DNA of 50,711 nt from an uncultured bacterium (lineage in GTDB: Bacteria > Eisenbacteria > RBG-16-71-46). The notes under the pieces are model-generated. The model was not told where the DNA came from and ran no database searches. It worked only from the letters and a program-made list of their open reading frames with translations. Within the stretch, counting starts at the first letter, position 1, and each line of letters begins with the position of its first letter. A program made the position numbers and the translations under genes. Below are positions 48,651 through 50,711 of the stretch, piece by piece. Location of the stretch: positions 1 through 50,711 of the forward strand of contig CAZUEM010000007.1 of NCBI GenBank assembly GCA_964619155.1. The letters run 5' to 3'.

Positions 48651-50249
48651 GTGATCGCCGAAGTTCCCTGGGGCGAGCCGGCCCACCTCGTCGAGGTGCT
48701 GGGCGCCGACGACCGGCCGGAGTTCGACGCCCTCGCGGTGGCCTCCCAGTTCCGCCTGCGGACCCGCTTCCCGGCCGCGGCGGAGGCGGAGGCCGCCGCG
48801 TTCGCGGAGCCCTGCGCCGCCGACTGGCGCGGGCGCGAGGACCTGCGGGAGCGGGTCGCGTTCACGATCGACCCCGCCGACGCCCGCGACCACGACGACG
48901 CGCTCTCGGTGCGGGACGCGGGCGACGGCCTCGTGGAGGCCGGCATCCACATCGCCGACGTCTCGCATTACGTCCGCGAGGGCGGCGCGCTCGACGCCGA
49001 GGCGCGCGAGCGGGGCACGAGCGTCTACCTGCCGGACGGGGTGGTGCCGATGCTGCCCGAGCGCCTGTCGGCCGGACTGTGCTCGCTGCGGGAGGGGCGC
49101 GACCGGCTCGCGCTCAGCGTGTTCGCGACGCTGGACGGGCGCGGCGCGCTGCACCGCTACCGCTTCGCCGAGACCGTGATCCGCAGCCGGGCGAAGCTCG
49201 CCTACGAGGAAGTGGAGTCCGCGCTGCACGGCGGGCCGCGGCTGCCGGACGCCCTGCAGGACGCCTGCGAACGCCTGATGGCGCTCGCGCGCGTCCTGCG
49301 GCGGCGGCGGCTGGCGGTCGGGGCGCTCGCGATCGAATCGCCCGAGGCGAAGGCGGTGGTGGACGAACGCGGGGCGCCGCTGCGCCTCGAGCGCCGGCCG
49401 CACCTCGAGAGCCACGAACTGGTCGAGGAGTTCATGCTGCTGGCCAACCGCTGCGTCGGCGAGGCCGGGAGCGTGCGCGGCGCGGGGCTGCTGTGGCGCG
49501 TCCACGAGCCGCCGCTCGAGCGCAAGCTCGAGGAGCTGGACGGCATGCTGCGCGCGCTCGGGCTGCCGCGGCTCGGGCGGACCGACGAGCCCCACCGCGC
49601 GCTGCAGGCGCTGCTCGCCGTCCCGCTGGACCCGGCGCGCCGGCGGCTCGTGCACCGGCTCGCGCTGCGCTCGCTGGCGCGCGCGCGCTACCTCGAGCGC
49701 GACCTCGGGCATTTCGGGCTCGCCACCCGCGAGTACTGCCACTTCACCTCGCCGATCCGGCGCTACCCGGACCTGCACGTGCACCGGCGCGTGCGCGAGT
49801 GGATTCACGGCCGGCGCGACGCGGCGTGGGACCCGCACGCGAACGCCGCGCTCGCCGCGCGCTGCAGCGACGCCGAACAGAACGCGACCGAGGCCGAACG
49901 CGAGGCGGTGCGCGTCAAGGGGCTGCGCCACCTCGAGGGGAGACTCGGAGAGCGGGTCTCGGGTAGTATCTCCGGCCTGCTGCCACGGGGGTTCTTCGTG
50001 GAGCTCGACGACGCGCCCGTGGACGGATTCGTGCGCGTCGGGATGGACCTGGACGACCGATTCGATCTCGACCCCGCGGGGGTGCGCCTGGTCGGGCGCC
50101 GCACGCGCCGGCGCTTCACGCTCGGCGATCCCGTCGAAGTCGTGATCGCTCGCGTGGACGTGCCGGGGCGCGAATGCGACTTCGCGCTCGTACCCACTGG
50201 CTCGCGGCGGGGCCGCCGCGGCGAACCGAGGAGGCAAGGATGGCGGTGA
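48651..50249 (+). CDS. rnr: ribonuclease R / RNB-family 3'-5' exoribonuclease (5' end uncertain)
   Basis: ORF 48246..50249. RNB motifs FTIDPADARDHDDALS, SVYLPDGVVPMLPERLS and HFGLATREYCHFTSPIRRYPDL, plus a C-terminal S1 domain (SGSISGLLPRGFFVELD). 48651 is the first canonical start (GTG) after the small basic ORF. Homology appears to extend upstream to about 48530. Confidence 0.8.
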   Translation: MIAEVPWGEPAHLVEVLGADDRPEFDALAVASQFRLRTRFPAAAEAEAAAFAEPCAADWRGREDLRERVAFTIDPADARDHDDALSVRDAGDGLVEAGIHIADVSHYVREGGALDAEARERGTSVYLPDGVVPMLPERLSAGLCSLREGRDRLALSVFATLDGRGALHRYRFAETVIRSRAKLAYEEVESALHGGPRLPDALQDACERLMALARVLRRRRLAVGALAIESPEAKAVVDERGAPLRLERRPHLESHELVEEFMLLANRCVGEAGSVRGAGLLWRVHEPPLERKLEELDGMLRALGLPRLGRTDEPHRALQALLAVPLDPARRRLVHRLALRSLARARYLERDLGHFGLATREYCHFTSPIRRYPDLHVHRRVREWIHGRRDAAWDPHANAALAARCSDAEQNATEAEREAVRVKGLRHLEGRLGERVSGSISGLLPRGFFVELDDAPVDGFVRVGMDLDDRFDLDPAGVRLVGRRTRRRFTLGDPVEVVIARVDVPGRECDFALVPTGSRRGRRGEPRRQGWR

Positions 50250-50711
50250 AGAAGGCGACGCGGCGGCGGGAGCGCCGCGTGAGCATGCGCGTGGACGCGC
50301 GGCTCAGCATGCGGGTGGAGGGGACGCCGGACGGCAGCGCGTCGGCGCAGATCGTCACCGAGAGCCAGAACGTCTCGGCGAGCGGCATCTACTGCCTGAG
50401 CTCGCACTTCCTGCCCCCGCTCTCGAAGGTGCAGCTCACGATCGTGCTGCCGAAGCTGCCCGGCCGGACCCACGCGCAGGAGCTCGTGAAGTGCGAGGGG
50501 ATCGTGGTGCGCTGCGAACTGCTGGCGCAGAAGAAGTCCGACCCGCGCTACCAGCTCGCCTGCATGTTCACGGGGCTGGAACGCTCCCGGCAGGAGCTGC
50601 TCGAGGAGTTCGTGGCCTGGCGGAACCTGCAGGCGCTGCGCGCCGCGCTCGCGCCGCGCTCGCGGACCGCGCCGAAGGCGGCGCGCACGGCGCCCGCACG
50701 CCGCACCGCGG
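50240..50711 (+). CDS. PilZ-domain protein (partial, runs off window)
   Basis: GAGGAGG RBS then ATG 50240, overlapping the rnr stop by 10 nt. RRRERRVSMR (RxxxR) and QNVSASGIYC (N/DxSxxG) are the c-di-GMP-binding PilZ motifs. The frame is open to the window end. Confidence 0.7.
   Translation, partial: MAVKKATRRRERRVSMRVDARLSMRVEGTPDGSASAQIVTESQNVSASGIYCLSSHFLPPLSKVQLTIVLPKLPGRTHAQELVKCEGIVVRCELLAQKKSDPRYQLACMFTGLERSRQELLEEFVAWRNLQALRAALAPRSRTAPKAARTAPARRTA

Overview
The window is very GC-rich (roughly 70-75% by eye), gene-dense and almost entirely plus-strand. It comes from a diderm, LPS-making bacterium. Gene content (PstS-like/TPR/ExbBD/TonB cluster, DUF4388, bS22-like peptide) suggests an uncultivated FCB-superphylum or Gemmatimonadota-like lineage, but that is inference only.

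Gene order:
1. Lipid A / LPS-core block: DUF374, waaA, lpxK, nadB, a small conserved hypothetical, msbA, GT9, proS, a waaF-like GT9, and a gmhB fusion.
2. A convergent minus-strand pair: a polytopic TPR/4-Cys membrane protein and a DUF4388 protein.
3. asnS.
4. PstS-like lipoprotein, TPR protein, two STAS proteins, exbB, exbD, exbD, tonB.
5. Yip1, TolC, MacA-like adaptor, ABC ATPase, two FtsX permeases.
6. uvrA.
7. tdh, kbl, gcvT, gcvH, an FN3-like membrane protein, a lipoate ligase-like protein.
8. A five-gene Opp/Dpp-type ABC importer.
9. A 647-nt non-coding gap.
10. A compact bacterial microcompartment (BMC) locus: BMC-H, BMC-H, BMC-P, acylating aldehyde dehydrogenase with an N-terminal encapsulation peptide, PduT-like BMC-T, BMC-P, BMC-P.
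11. FmdB zinc ribbon, HU/IHF, a 31-aa bS22-like peptide missing from the ORF track, RNase R, and a partial PilZ protein.

The most interesting element is the BMC locus. It encodes a full shell set but only one enzyme. One hexamer has a rewired pore and edge, the BMC-T lacks the PduT Fe-S cysteine, and the locus follows an unusually long, structured, lower-GC leader region.

A recurring TTGACx-N17-TAnnnT promoter-like motif sits in most intergenic gaps. No rRNA, tRNA, CRISPR array or mobile element was seen.

All calls rest on reading the translations and DNA by eye. No searches or computations were run. Many long alternate-frame ORFs in the track are GC artefacts.
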